Shown here: positions 18,801 through 27,385 of the stretch, one piece after another
Numbering within the stretch: the first letter of the stretch is position 1
Layout of the letters: each line of letters opens with the position of its first letter
DNA from: Oceanispirochaeta sp.
GTDB lineage: Bacteria; Spirochaetota; Spirochaetia; DSM-2461
Length of the DNA stretch: 64,000 bases
NCBI GenBank assembly: GCA_963666275.2
Contig: CAXXOA010000001.1
Location: 1,280,001-1,344,000 of the forward strand
Direction: 5' to 3'
Notes under the pieces: generated by a model
The model's database searches: none
What the model was told of the DNA's origin: nothing
Seen by the model: only the letters and a program-made list of their open reading frames with translations
Made by a program: the position numbers and the translations under genes

Positions 18801-20162
18801 ATGGGACTAAAGCGAGACTCAATTCTGGACATGGATATTACGGATTTCTATTCAGAAATAAAATCCAAAGAAAGATTCAACGGCCAAAGAGCCAAACTCA
18901 TCCCAACCTACAAACTCGGCGATGAAATGGCCTTAACCTCCACATTTTTAGCCTCCTTAAAACTGATTAAAGAATTCAGGAAATTCATACATTCCGCAGT
19001 AAACCTCACCAACTCAGGCAAAGTCCACGTTTTTACTGAGTTTGTATTCATAGAGGAAAATAAACGGGTTGACGGTCTTATCATCATAGAACGGGGAAGC
19101 AAAATAGTTGATGCTGCTTTACTGGAAATGAAGAACGGAAAATCCGAATTGGATTCTCAGCAGATCACTGACTACATGGATATTGCCGGCAAATATTCCA
19201 TTCCCAGACTAATTACAGTTTCCAATCAATTTGTCTCTCACCCAACCCAGAGTCCCCTTGTAGGAATAAAGCAGAAAAAATGTGTAGACCTCTATCACCT
19301 GTCCTGGTCCTATATCCTCACATTAGCTTATGTGCTGCTCACTGATAATGAAACAAACATAGCAGATCCAGATCAGGTTGAAATCATGAAGGAAGTGGTC
19401 GATTATTTTGAAAATACCAAATCCGGCGTTCTCGGTTTTTCTGAAATGAAGCCTGGCTGGTCGAATGTTTCCGAAAGGATGGTGAAAGGGGAGAAGCTCA
19501 AAAAAGATGACAATGATGTTATTGAAGCAGTAGAAAGCTGGCTTCAGGAAGAAAGAGATATGTCACTTAAACTAAGCAGACAGTTGGGGTCTCTTGTTAT
19601 TTCCGGACAGAATAAATATAAAAATGATTTGAAAGGCAGACTTGATGAGGACAGGAAAAAACTCTGTACAGAAGGTAAACTGGATTCAATGTTGAGGATA
19701 AACGGAGCCGCTTCTCCCATCACTATAACCAGTGATTTTCAGAAAAAATCCTTTGAGTTTAAATCCTCCTTAACTGCTCCCCAGGACAGTAAAACTCTGA
19801 AAGGTCAGGTCGGGTGGCTGAAAAAACAGATTAAAAAGATGGATGACAGGAATGAAGAGTCCTTCTTCACTTTAAAATCAAACCTTATGATTGATATCAA
19901 AATCAAGAATAAACAATCCCAGAGAAAAACAATCGATGAGCTGGACCAGTTCTGCAACGACTATAAGAATGATTACCTGAAGGAATTTGAAATTGTTCTT
20001 ATCTGTGATCTGGGAAGCCGGTTCCTGCAGAAACGGAAAGTTATCGATGAGCTGGAAGACACTCTTTCCGAGTACTATAAAAATGTGGTTAAACACCTGA
20101 CTAAATGGGTCAAACCGGCTCCGGAAATTAGAAATCTTGCAATGGATCTTCAGGAAGCCTGA
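18801..20162 (+). CDS. Hypothetical protein with a probable PD-(D/E)XK nuclease domain
   Basis: E...RVDGLII...LLEMK...LITVSN. Confidence 0.6.
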   Translation: MGLKRDSILDMDITDFYSEIKSKERFNGQRAKLIPTYKLGDEMALTSTFLASLKLIKEFRKFIHSAVNLTNSGKVHVFTEFVFIEENKRVDGLIIIERGSKIVDAALLEMKNGKSELDSQQITDYMDIAGKYSIPRLITVSNQFVSHPTQSPLVGIKQKKCVDLYHLSWSYILTLAYVLLTDNETNIADPDQVEIMKEVVDYFENTKSGVLGFSEMKPGWSNVSERMVKGEKLKKDDNDVIEAVESWLQEERDMSLKLSRQLGSLVISGQNKYKNDLKGRLDEDRKKLCTEGKLDSMLRINGAASPITITSDFQKKSFEFKSSLTAPQDSKTLKGQVGWLKKQIKKMDDRNEESFFTLKSNLMIDIKIKNKQSQRKTIDELDQFCNDYKNDYLKEFEIVLICDLGSRFLQKRKVIDELEDTLSEYYKNVVKHLTKWVKPAPEIRNLAMDLQEA

Positions 20163-20184
20163 GAATTTATAGGTAAATAGAAAA

Positions 20185-21012
20185 TTGCGCTTAAAACGTG
20201 TATATCAGATAATCGAACCAGCAAAGACTGGAGACAAAGCCAGCAAAATATTTGATTTATGTATCATAAGTTTAATCATTATAAATATATTCGCTGTCAT
20301 TATCAGTTCATTCTCCAATCTGCCAAGGGGCATATACCCATTGTTGGATACAGTAGAAATATTTTCTATAGTGATTTTTACAGTTGAATATTTACTGAGG
20401 CTTATTACAGCCCCCTATAAATATCCCCATAGAAAAATCTGGGTTCCATATATCCTGTATATATTCTCTTCTATGGCGATCATAGATTTGATGGCAATTC
20501 TGCCATTCTATCTGCCTTTTATCATAAAAATTGATCTCAGATCTTTAAGAATACTCCGGTTGGTACGTCTGCTCCGAATCCTTAAATTGAACAGATACAC
20601 CAAATCTATGAAAGTACTGGGCCGTGTCATAAAGCGGAAAAAGGAAGAACTGATCGTTACGGTATTTATAACAGGAATCCTGATGCTTCTGGCTGCTTCT
20701 ATCATGTTTTATATAGAAAATGAAACTCAACCCGAAGCATTTCCCAATATCATAGCGTCATTCTGGTGGGCTATTGCGACATTAACAACCGTTGGATACG
20801 GAGATATATATCCGGTGACCTTTCTGGGGAAATTCCTGGCAGGAATTATTGCCTTCCTGGGAATCGGATTGGTTGCACTGCCTACCGGGATTATCAGTTC
20901 CGGATTTATTGAAGAAGTGGAAAGCCGTAAAATAATTAAGAAGGGGAGATCCCGGGTAAAAATCAAGAGGAGGAAGAGAAAGAGGAAGGGGCAGAGGAAT
21001 AGACTGGCATAA
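20185..21012 (+). CDS. Voltage-gated-type potassium channel (ion transporter)
   Basis: S4-like RSLRILRLVRLLRILKL; WWAIATLTTVGYGD filter. Confidence 0.9.
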   Translation: MRLKRVYQIIEPAKTGDKASKIFDLCIISLIIINIFAVIISSFSNLPRGIYPLLDTVEIFSIVIFTVEYLLRLITAPYKYPHRKIWVPYILYIFSSMAIIDLMAILPFYLPFIIKIDLRSLRILRLVRLLRILKLNRYTKSMKVLGRVIKRKKEELIVTVFITGILMLLAASIMFYIENETQPEAFPNIIASFWWAIATLTTVGYGDIYPVTFLGKFLAGIIAFLGIGLVALPTGIISSGFIEEVESRKIIKKGRSRVKIKRRKRKRKGQRNRLA

Positions 21013-21126
21013 TAAAAGTAATAATATAAATTTAAATGTTTTTTTCTCAACATGATATTAAAAAAGGTTACTCTAATTATAGTAAGTTCCTTAAATGTAT
21101 GGTGGCATTTCAATATGAATTTTTAT

Positions 21127-21419
21127 ATATTGCTGGGATAAAAAAGCTGAATCGCTTTACCTTACGGGGAACAGAGAAAGTCAGAACGCAGTGGTTGCTA
21201 TATTGCATGGTGCATAATATCGGTAAAATTCAGCGGTATAGTGTGTAGGAAAGCGATAGAACCAATGAGATTGGAAGTATTAAGAAATATATTCAATTGT
21301 AATGGAATATATGCGGGTTTAATCGGATAGAAATTAGTAAATGGAGAGATGAATAATTCTCTGAATAATTCTATTTAGAGAAGAGGAAAAATTCTTAAAT
21401 CGAGTTTTTCTACAGTCTC
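21127..21419 (+). mobile_element. Right-end remnant of a second IS1182 copy
   Basis: Near-identical to ~18403-18695, including the transposase tail and IRR GAGTTTTTCTACAGTCTC, followed by GTT. Confidence 0.9.
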
Positions 21420-21456
21420 GTTATATGTGGAAGGCTCAAAAAAGGACTTGCTATAT

Positions 21457-22431
21457 ATGCAGAATAGAGGACTATTTAAAGATATTTTTAAAAATTCTCA
21501 AATAACAACCACAAGAGAATTAAAAATTACTTTATTAAAGTCATTAGATATTTGGGTTTTTACTGCTTTATCAAATGAAATAAATGATAACACTAATATT
21601 AAATCTTCGATTCAAAAACAAATAAATGATTTTTGCTTCCCTCAAGACGATTTTAAAAGACTTCCTGTTTACTATATTTCTATTCGACCAAAAGTACGAA
21701 TTATAAAATGTAAAAAAATGAATTATTGTGATAATTCTTCAATGAGCTTTACGATAACAGAAGGCACAAAAAAATATAAAATTAAAACAAAAATTCAATC
21801 AATTGCCAATTTCCTGAATGTTGATGTAAAAGAAATAACGGAAGTACTTTTTCAAGATAAATATATATTTTGTAAATATAAGAATGACCACGGAATGATA
21901 ATTACTGTTTATGATCTTTTAAATCTATCAGAGTTTCGCCTTCAGGAAAAAAATGAAATATATTATATCGGTTATACTAAGAATCCATCGAAGAGACCAT
22001 TTGATGGCAATCATTCGGGTCTTAATACTGTTTTATATAATTATTATGACAAAAGAGAGCATGATATATTTATCAGCTATCAGCAATTTCATGTCAATTC
22101 ACTAATAGAAGTCCCAAATATGGTTTTTCAAGCTAGCAATACAATGCTTGATGAGATAGCAATAACAACAGAAGCAAAGATAATTGAGTCATCTCTAATA
22201 GAAAGATATATTCCAAATTTAAGGAAAAATTATTTATCAGAATCAGGATATTTAAAGAATGTTTTTATCCAAGAACTAAATGATGCCAAAATAGAAACCC
22301 TAAACTTCTTATTAGATTATTCAATTTCGGGTTCACTATTTAGGTATAGAAATAACTATAATTCTATTGATAATTTTAGGATTGCTGTAAAAGAAAATAA
22401 ACTAGAAATACAACATATAACAAAGCCATGA
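21457..22431 (+). CDS. Cassette gene: hypothetical protein with a possible GIY-YIG-like nuclease motif
   Basis: EIYYIGYTKNPSKR...IIESSLI; start at ATG 21457 after AAAGGA (ORF track starts at 21427). Confidence 0.55.
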   Translation: MQNRGLFKDIFKNSQITTTRELKITLLKSLDIWVFTALSNEINDNTNIKSSIQKQINDFCFPQDDFKRLPVYYISIRPKVRIIKCKKMNYCDNSSMSFTITEGTKKYKIKTKIQSIANFLNVDVKEITEVLFQDKYIFCKYKNDHGMIITVYDLLNLSEFRLQEKNEIYYIGYTKNPSKRPFDGNHSGLNTVLYNYYDKREHDIFISYQQFHVNSLIEVPNMVFQASNTMLDEIAITTEAKIIESSLIERYIPNLRKNYLSESGYLKNVFIQELNDAKIETLNFLLDYSISGSLFRYRNNYNSIDNFRIAVKENKLEIQHITKP

Positions 22432-22511
22432 AACTGTTATGGCAAACTGTCACAGAAAATGCATGGCATTTTTTGCGCCAATTCACCATGCAGCTTATGG
22501 CGATGTTGTAT
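22415..22511 (+). repeat. attC site (97 bp)
   Basis: ACATATAAC matches cassette start GTTATATGT (21420); GCCAT(G)AAACTG(T)TATGG pairs with CCATGCAGCTTATGGC. Confidence 0.88.
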
Positions 22512-22565
22512 TTCAGAAAGGAGTAAATTATTAAAAGAATATCAGGAAATCTGATCTCATATGTT

Positions 22566-22979
22566 ATGTCAGTATCGTTTCCACTTGGTTTTTATTTCTC
22601 TCTTTTCATATATTTTGTTATCTGTTTATCGAATGAAAAGATTGAAAATCCAGTTTACATAGTTTTATTTCTATTGATCTTCTTCTTTGCAAGTCTATAC
22701 GATGGATTTATCACTTTAAGGAAGTTAAAAAAATTAAAAGAAATTAGCATAAGTAATATTTATGTATCAACTAATCAGAGTCTCATCATTAATAATAAAG
22801 AATATTTCAACTTCACAATAACACCCATACGGGTCAATATGCCAATGAATTTGAAAATGCGATTATATACAATTAGATGTAATGATCAGGAGTTTTATTG
22901 CCTCGATCATTTCCGGTTTCTATTTTTTCTCAGCATGGGATTTAAATATTGGGACAGTCAGGAATATGATCTGTTTTAA
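22566..22979 (+). CDS. Cassette gene: small membrane protein
   Basis: Two TM segments; follows attC; start uncertain. Confidence 0.55.
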   Translation: MSVSFPLGFYFSLFIYFVICLSNEKIENPVYIVLFLLIFFFASLYDGFITLRKLKKLKEISISNIYVSTNQSLIINNKEYFNFTITPIRVNMPMNLKMRLYTIRCNDQEFYCLDHFRFLFFLSMGFKYWDSQEYDLF

Positions 22980-23231
22980 ATTACAAAACTGTTTCAGTAT
23001 TCTATCCTTGGCGTTTTAGAAATTAGAATAAATTCATCGATCTCATCTCTAAACAAAAAATATTCGCTCTATTCAGCCCCAGGCTTCGGCAAATTTATCT
23101 TTTTGTGATAAACTAATGTATATTTCTGAACAGCTAAGTGAAAAGGATAACTATTGTGGAATGAAGAACTTTAACACCCGTGCCTCAGTTGATATCTGAT
23201 TTTAAACTATTAAAACGGAGTTCATTATAAA

Positions 23232-23840
23232 ATGAATATTTTAGATAATATAAAAAATGGATTATTAACCTTTGTTGGGTATCTAGAGGCAATCGGATGC
23301 GATAGATTCTTAATTTTGTATAATGATACTTTTATTTACATTTCAATATTTATTGCACTCTTCATCTTTACCTTTTTGGGATCAAAAATCTTTGGTAAAC
23401 AGATAAATTTAAGCAATAACTTTAGACCTCATTTTTTTATTATTGGAGTGGCAAGCACTCTAAATACAATAATTGCTCATTTTCTAAATGTATTATTTAA
23501 TAGTAAGTATTATTGGAAAGACATAATTGATAATTATTTTCTCATTCAGCTATTATTATTAATTTTAACACTTGCTGTTTTTATAGCTTACACATGTAAA
23601 AACGTAAAGTTCTTGAAGATTTTAATTGGAGCTTCATTCACTTGGTTTTCAATATATCATTTTTTTAATGGAACCTTTATCTACTTATCTCTTGCATTTT
23701 ATTTTTCAGTTGCAAAGAAATGGGAGAATCCAATAGGTAAAAAAAAATTATTGAAGAAATCATTAATTCCATTGTCCATAATAAATGCAATTCTGATTAT
23801 TATTTTGGTGCCAATATATAAAATGGTATTTATATTCTAA
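23232..23840 (+). CDS. Multi-pass membrane hypothetical protein
   Basis: 202 aa with several hydrophobic helices. Confidence 0.6.
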   Translation: MNILDNIKNGLLTFVGYLEAIGCDRFLILYNDTFIYISIFIALFIFTFLGSKIFGKQINLSNNFRPHFFIIGVASTLNTIIAHFLNVLFNSKYYWKDIIDNYFLIQLLLLILTLAVFIAYTCKNVKFLKILIGASFTWFSIYHFFNGTFIYLSLAFYFSVAKKWENPIGKKKLLKKSLIPLSIINAILIIILVPIYKMVFIF

Positions 23841-24055
23841 AAATATAATCCGGATTTGCTGCAGACGACTTTTTTATCGAGCCAGCTCCATTCTCACTTG
23901 AAGCGCCAACCCACGGGAACAAAGTGGGAGTTGATTAAGGCTTTCCGTTGAAAATTAATTTACCCATCTTTTTGAAGTAAAGATGAAATCCATGAAGTCA
24001 ATAATATTAACCTCCCCTGGAATATTATCCATCAGAGGAATCAATATTGATGAGG

Positions 24056-24073
24056 GTTAACAAATATGTTAAC
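24056..24073. promoter_or_regulatory. Probable TA autoregulatory operator
   Basis: GTTAAC-AAATAT-GTTAAC immediately upstream of the toxin start. Confidence 0.55.
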
Positions 24074-24081
24074 ATTGAATT

Positions 24082-24432
24082 ATGCATGAGATTTCATTTT
24101 ATATAGAAGAAAATGGCAAATCTCCTGTTGAAGAATTTCTTGATGCTTTGAAGGCTAAGGATGCTCAAAAGGTCGTTTGGGTACTCCAACTGATAGAACA
24201 GCACGATATTATCCCAAAGGCCTATTTCAAGAAACTGACAAACACTGATGGCATCTGGGAAGTAAGAGCTCAATCAGGAAATAATATTTACCGGCTACTC
24301 TGTTTTGTAGAAGGACAAAAAGTCATTATTTTGACCAATGGTTTTCAGAAGAAGACACCAAAGACTCCAAAGAAAGAAATCCAACAGGCAGAGAAAAGAA
24401 AAATGGATTGGATAAGGAGAAATAAGAAATGA
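24082..24432 (+). CDS. RelE/HigB-family toxin (Gp49-like)
   Basis: [27 protein letters not shown]. Confidence 0.88.
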   Translation: MHEISFYIEENGKSPVEEFLDALKAKDAQKVVWVLQLIEQHDIIPKAYFKKLTNTDGIWEVRAQSGNNIYRLLCFVEGQKVIILTNGFQKKTPKTPKKEIQQAEKRKMDWIRRNKK

Positions 24433-24704
24433 GCGATTTACAAAAATATATATCTAAAAGAAAAAAGGATGATCCCGAGTTCGAGAAAGACTTTGACAAG
24501 GGATATGACAACTTCCGGATTGGTGCAGTTTTAAGGCAGGCCAGACTCGAAAAAGGGATAACCCAGGAAGAACTGGCAAATCTGGTAAATACGAAGAAAA
24601 CAGCCATATCACGAATTGAAAATCATGCAGAAGATATCAGACTTTCAACACTTGAGAAAATTGCCCATGCTCTTGATAAAGAGATACGGGTGGAGATACT
24701 CTAA
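24429..24704 (+). CDS. XRE HTH antitoxin (HigA-like)
   Basis: [12 protein letters not shown]...ISRIEN; overlaps toxin stop. Confidence 0.88.
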   Translation: MSDLQKYISKRKKDDPEFEKDFDKGYDNFRIGAVLRQARLEKGITQEELANLVNTKKTAISRIENHAEDIRLSTLEKIAHALDKEIRVEIL

Positions 24705-24748
24705 AGAATAGAAGAATTGCTGTATTGGTGCATTATTGAAAAAATGCG

Positions 24749-24916
24749 GTATAACAAACTAATGCACCAGACTTTCCTATTGTCACATTTCTTGCTGCAT
24801 TGATCTCTCCTACAATTATTCCTTACAAATAAGAAAATACAATTTACAATAAATCGCAAGAAAAGCGTCTATACCTGGCAAGCCAGGCCGCTGCGCAGCA
24901 TATTTTGGTGTTATAA
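24749..24916 (+). repeat. attC site (168 bp, long type, apparently chimeric)
   Basis: GTATAAC...GTTATAA; shares TCAC.TTTCTTGC, GCAAGAAAA and CCTGGCAAGCCAGGCCG blocks with attC3/attC4. Confidence 0.8.
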
Positions 24917-24997
24917 AGCCCTTCGTTCGCAATTAAAAAATAATTACATACCAGTTAGATATTAATGATCATAGTATTTTATTGCTTAGAAGAGTAA

Positions 24998-25034
24998 TTG
25001 TGAAATTGATTCACAAGGCTTTATATGGTACAAT
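24998..25034 (+). promoter_or_regulatory. TA cassette promoter with overlapping palindromic operator
   Basis: TTGATT-N17-TACAAT (25006-25034); TTGTGAA-N5-TTCACAA (24998-25016). Confidence 0.6.
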
Positions 25035-25057
25035 AAAAAGACTACTGGAGGTAGGAT

Positions 25058-25339
25058 ATGAATTTTGCAGAAGACATTAAACCAATTTCGTATATAAAAA
25101 CAAATGCGGCTGAAATGTTAAAACGCGTAAATGATACACATAATCCAATCATCATCACTCAGAACGGAGAAGCAAAGGCAGTGTTGCTCGATACAGAAAC
25201 ATATCAAGATATGAGGAATAGTCTTGGAATACTAAAAATCTTATCTGAGAGTGAAAAGGATATTCAAAAAGGTCTTGTTCATAAGAATGAAGATGTTTTC
25301 TCGCAATTAGAATCTAAAATATTTTCACAAGACAAATAG
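25058..25339 (+). CDS. Phd/YefM-family antitoxin
   Basis: IKPISYIK...PIIITQNGEAKAVL. Confidence 0.88.
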   Translation: MNFAEDIKPISYIKTNAAEMLKRVNDTHNPIIITQNGEAKAVLLDTETYQDMRNSLGILKILSESEKDIQKGLVHKNEDVFSQLESKIFSQDK

Positions 25340-25348
25340 TGTATTCCA

Positions 25349-25672
25349 ATGACATATGAAATTTTATGGACAGATTCAGCAAAGCAAGATCTAACAGAAA
25401 TTATTGAATATATTGCTTTCAATGAAATAGAAATAGCAAAGAAACAATTTCTTAGAATTAAAGAATCGGCAGAAAAATTAGAATCTTTTCCTGATCAAGG
25501 TAGAATTATACCTGAGTTATTAAACCAAAATATTAATAAATACCGTGAATTGATAATCTCCCCATGGAGAATAATGTATAAAATAGAAGGAAATACTGTC
25601 TACATATTAGCAGTAATTGATGGCAGAAGAAATATAGAAGATGTACTGATGAAAAGGCAAATAAGGAAATAG
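25349..25672 (+). CDS. RelE/ParE-family toxin
   Basis: WTDSAKQDL..I.EYI, FPDQGRIIPEL, YRELI..PWRIMY, DGRR. Confidence 0.88.
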   Translation: MTYEILWTDSAKQDLTEIIEYIAFNEIEIAKKQFLRIKESAEKLESFPDQGRIIPELLNQNINKYRELIISPWRIMYKIEGNTVYILAVIDGRRNIEDVLMKRQIRK

Positions 25673-25676
25673 ATTT

Positions 25677-25706
25677 CATTACAAGCTTTTGATACTATCA
25701 GCTCTA
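25677..25706 (+). repeat. Truncated attC left arm ending the array
   Basis: 27/30 identical to attC1 positions 10217-10246. Confidence 0.7.
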
Positions 25707-26248
25707 CTTTCATTAAACATTATGGATCGGTTTTGAAGAAATTCAGATAGAATTGTTCCTGGGAGAACCGTATATTCCAAAGATTCGGACACTGCCCGGC
25801 GGTTCATAATACGAAATACCAGAGAGTGGCGATAATCCATAACAGCTTGAGCTGTCTCGAACTGATACATTCCCTGCCATGTGCCGTCCGACTTATCAAC
25901 ACTCCACATTTTTTCCTGAAAACCCGAAGTCCCGGCAATTAATGGAATGGGAATCAGTGAAGCCCAGCGGTTAAAATTAAAGGAATGGCGCTTAAACCTG
26001 AATCGAACAATAAAAACAGTTTCTTCTCCAGTAGATTCAGTCAATTTTTTTGTTCTCAGATATCGGAATTCTGTAAATTTTTTTCCATCATTCATCTCCC
26101 AAACCTGCTCGGAATTTTGGCGGGAAAAATATTGGGATCTTTTTGCAATTCGGATAAAAGACCGCCCTAAATTCATGGGCGGAAAGTTTTTCCATGTCCC
26201 TTTATGATGTTCCATCCCTTTCTCCTTTGATACAGTATGACGCTTCAT
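25679..26248 (-). CDS. YdhR-like putative monooxygenase
   Basis: IAGTSGFQEKMW...WQGMYQFET. Confidence 0.6.
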   Translation of the reverse strand: MKRHTVSKEKGMEHHKGTWKNFPPMNLGRSFIRIAKRSQYFSRQNSEQVWEMNDGKKFTEFRYLRTKKLTESTGEETVFIVRFRFKRHSFNFNRWASLIPIPLIAGTSGFQEKMWSVDKSDGTWQGMYQFETAQAVMDYRHSLVFRIMNRRAVSESLEYTVLPGTILSEFLQNRSIMFNESRADSIKSL

Positions 26249-26274
26249 TTTTCACCGGGTCCTCAATTAACTGT

Positions 26275-27150
26275 CTATTCATTACCAATCCAGTTTATAG
26301 ATTGCAACGGACGGGATATGGATCTTCTGTACTTGTATTTCGGGAATCCCAGGACGAGTGACATATTCACTTCGTGGTCTTGGGGAATCTGAAATAAAGA
26401 TTTCAGTTCTTTCACTTGATTGATAGCCGAAGGGACTATTTCTACCAATGTTGATCCCAGCCCCAGGGCGTGGGCCTGAAGCATGGCATAGGTGGCATTC
26501 AACAGCGCATTTGCTGTGCGGGCTTCTGCTGTCTTTTCAGAGTGAAACAGTATCATCAAGGGTGCTCCCCGGGAAATACGGTCTCCCTTATCCAGTTTAA
26601 AGGTGCCCTGCCTGGCTATGGGGTATAGGTGGTTCTTCACCGTGTTGTATACTTCTGCAGAACTGGATCTTCTGAAAAAGAACGATATCATTGGATTCTC
26701 GATAATATGGACTACTAGATCCAGAAATCGTGAGATCAAGGGAAGAGACAGCTCTATGGTCTCCCGATTATTTACTACAGTGATGGCACTCTTTTCGGGA
26801 TGACATCCAAAAGGAGCATACTGAACCGCATGGAGAACTTTCTGGATCATTTCTTTCGGAACCTCCCTTCCATCAAAATTCCGTACCGATCTGCGTGATG
26901 CAAGAAAATGAGAAAAATCTTCCTCCTTAAAGCCTATGGGTTGGATATCTGCCAGATTTTCCCCGTAGGATAATCCATCCACCTGGATAAATCGGGTAGG
27001 GCACACCGCCATACACTGACCGCAGGTAAGGCAGAGCTGTTTTTTTTCGGACTGCAGTATCGCCCCTTTTTCTTCGGTAACATCTATAACCTTGAAGGGA
27101 CAAACCTCCCGGCAGAGTCCGCAGCGGCTGCATTGTTTTAAAATAGCCAT
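26275..27150 (-). CDS. Nitroreductase family protein with N-terminal 4Fe-4S ferredoxin
   Basis: CxxCxxCxxxCP twice; RRSVRNF; AHALGLGS. Confidence 0.9.
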   Translation of the reverse strand: MAILKQCSRCGLCREVCPFKVIDVTEEKGAILQSEKKQLCLTCGQCMAVCPTRFIQVDGLSYGENLADIQPIGFKEEDFSHFLASRRSVRNFDGREVPKEMIQKVLHAVQYAPFGCHPEKSAITVVNNRETIELSLPLISRFLDLVVHIIENPMISFFFRRSSSAEVYNTVKNHLYPIARQGTFKLDKGDRISRGAPLMILFHSEKTAEARTANALLNATYAMLQAHALGLGSTLVEIVPSAINQVKELKSLFQIPQDHEVNMSLVLGFPKYKYRRSISRPLQSINWIGNE

Positions 27151-27151
27151 A

Positions 27152-27385
27152 TTACTTTCCCCCCTGACTCTTGCGTGCTTTATTCATGGCAAGAATCACG
27201 TGAAATATTAGCAACGAAACCAATATCAATGTGCTGTAGGGGGTAAAACTGCAAAGTGCCTTGTAACCCAGTCGGCATTCCTTACTTATGGTTTCACAGG
27301 GTATAACCGTTAACAGGGCACTCACCAGATAGATAGTGACAAAGATCCTGTGGACCTTGTTTGTTTTACTGATTTGCTTTTTCAT
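27152..27385 (-). CDS. Small membrane protein
   Basis: Two TM segments flanking CRLGYKALCSFTP; operon-coupled. Confidence 0.65.
   Translation of the reverse strand: MKKQISKTNKVHRIFVTIYLVSALLTVIPCETISKECRLGYKALCSFTPYSTLILVSLLIFHVILAMNKARKSQGGK

Larger units (their letters stand above)
8083..25706 (+). mobile_element. Integron-type gene cassette array lacking an integrase in the window (CALIN-like)
   Basis: Repeated attC sites; cassette starts are reverse-complementary to their own R'' ends (8-11 bp); co-oriented AT-rich genes. Confidence 0.9.

Noticed and set aside
21036..21248. 70-aa ORF
   Set aside because: Chimera of AT-rich sequence and the IS1182 transposase tail
22980..23950. Additional attC sites after 22979 and 23840
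   Set aside because: Only degenerate R''-like words (TTACAAAAC, TATAATCC) with no convincing paired arm; not called as features
10216..24916. CRISPR array or REP repeats
   Set aside because: Repeats are separated by whole genes and have attC R/L-box structure; no cas genes and no constant-length spacers
24998..25016. Rex operator (TTGTGAA...TTCACAA)
   Set aside because: Spacer is 5 bp rather than 4 and it overlaps a TA promoter; more likely a TA operator
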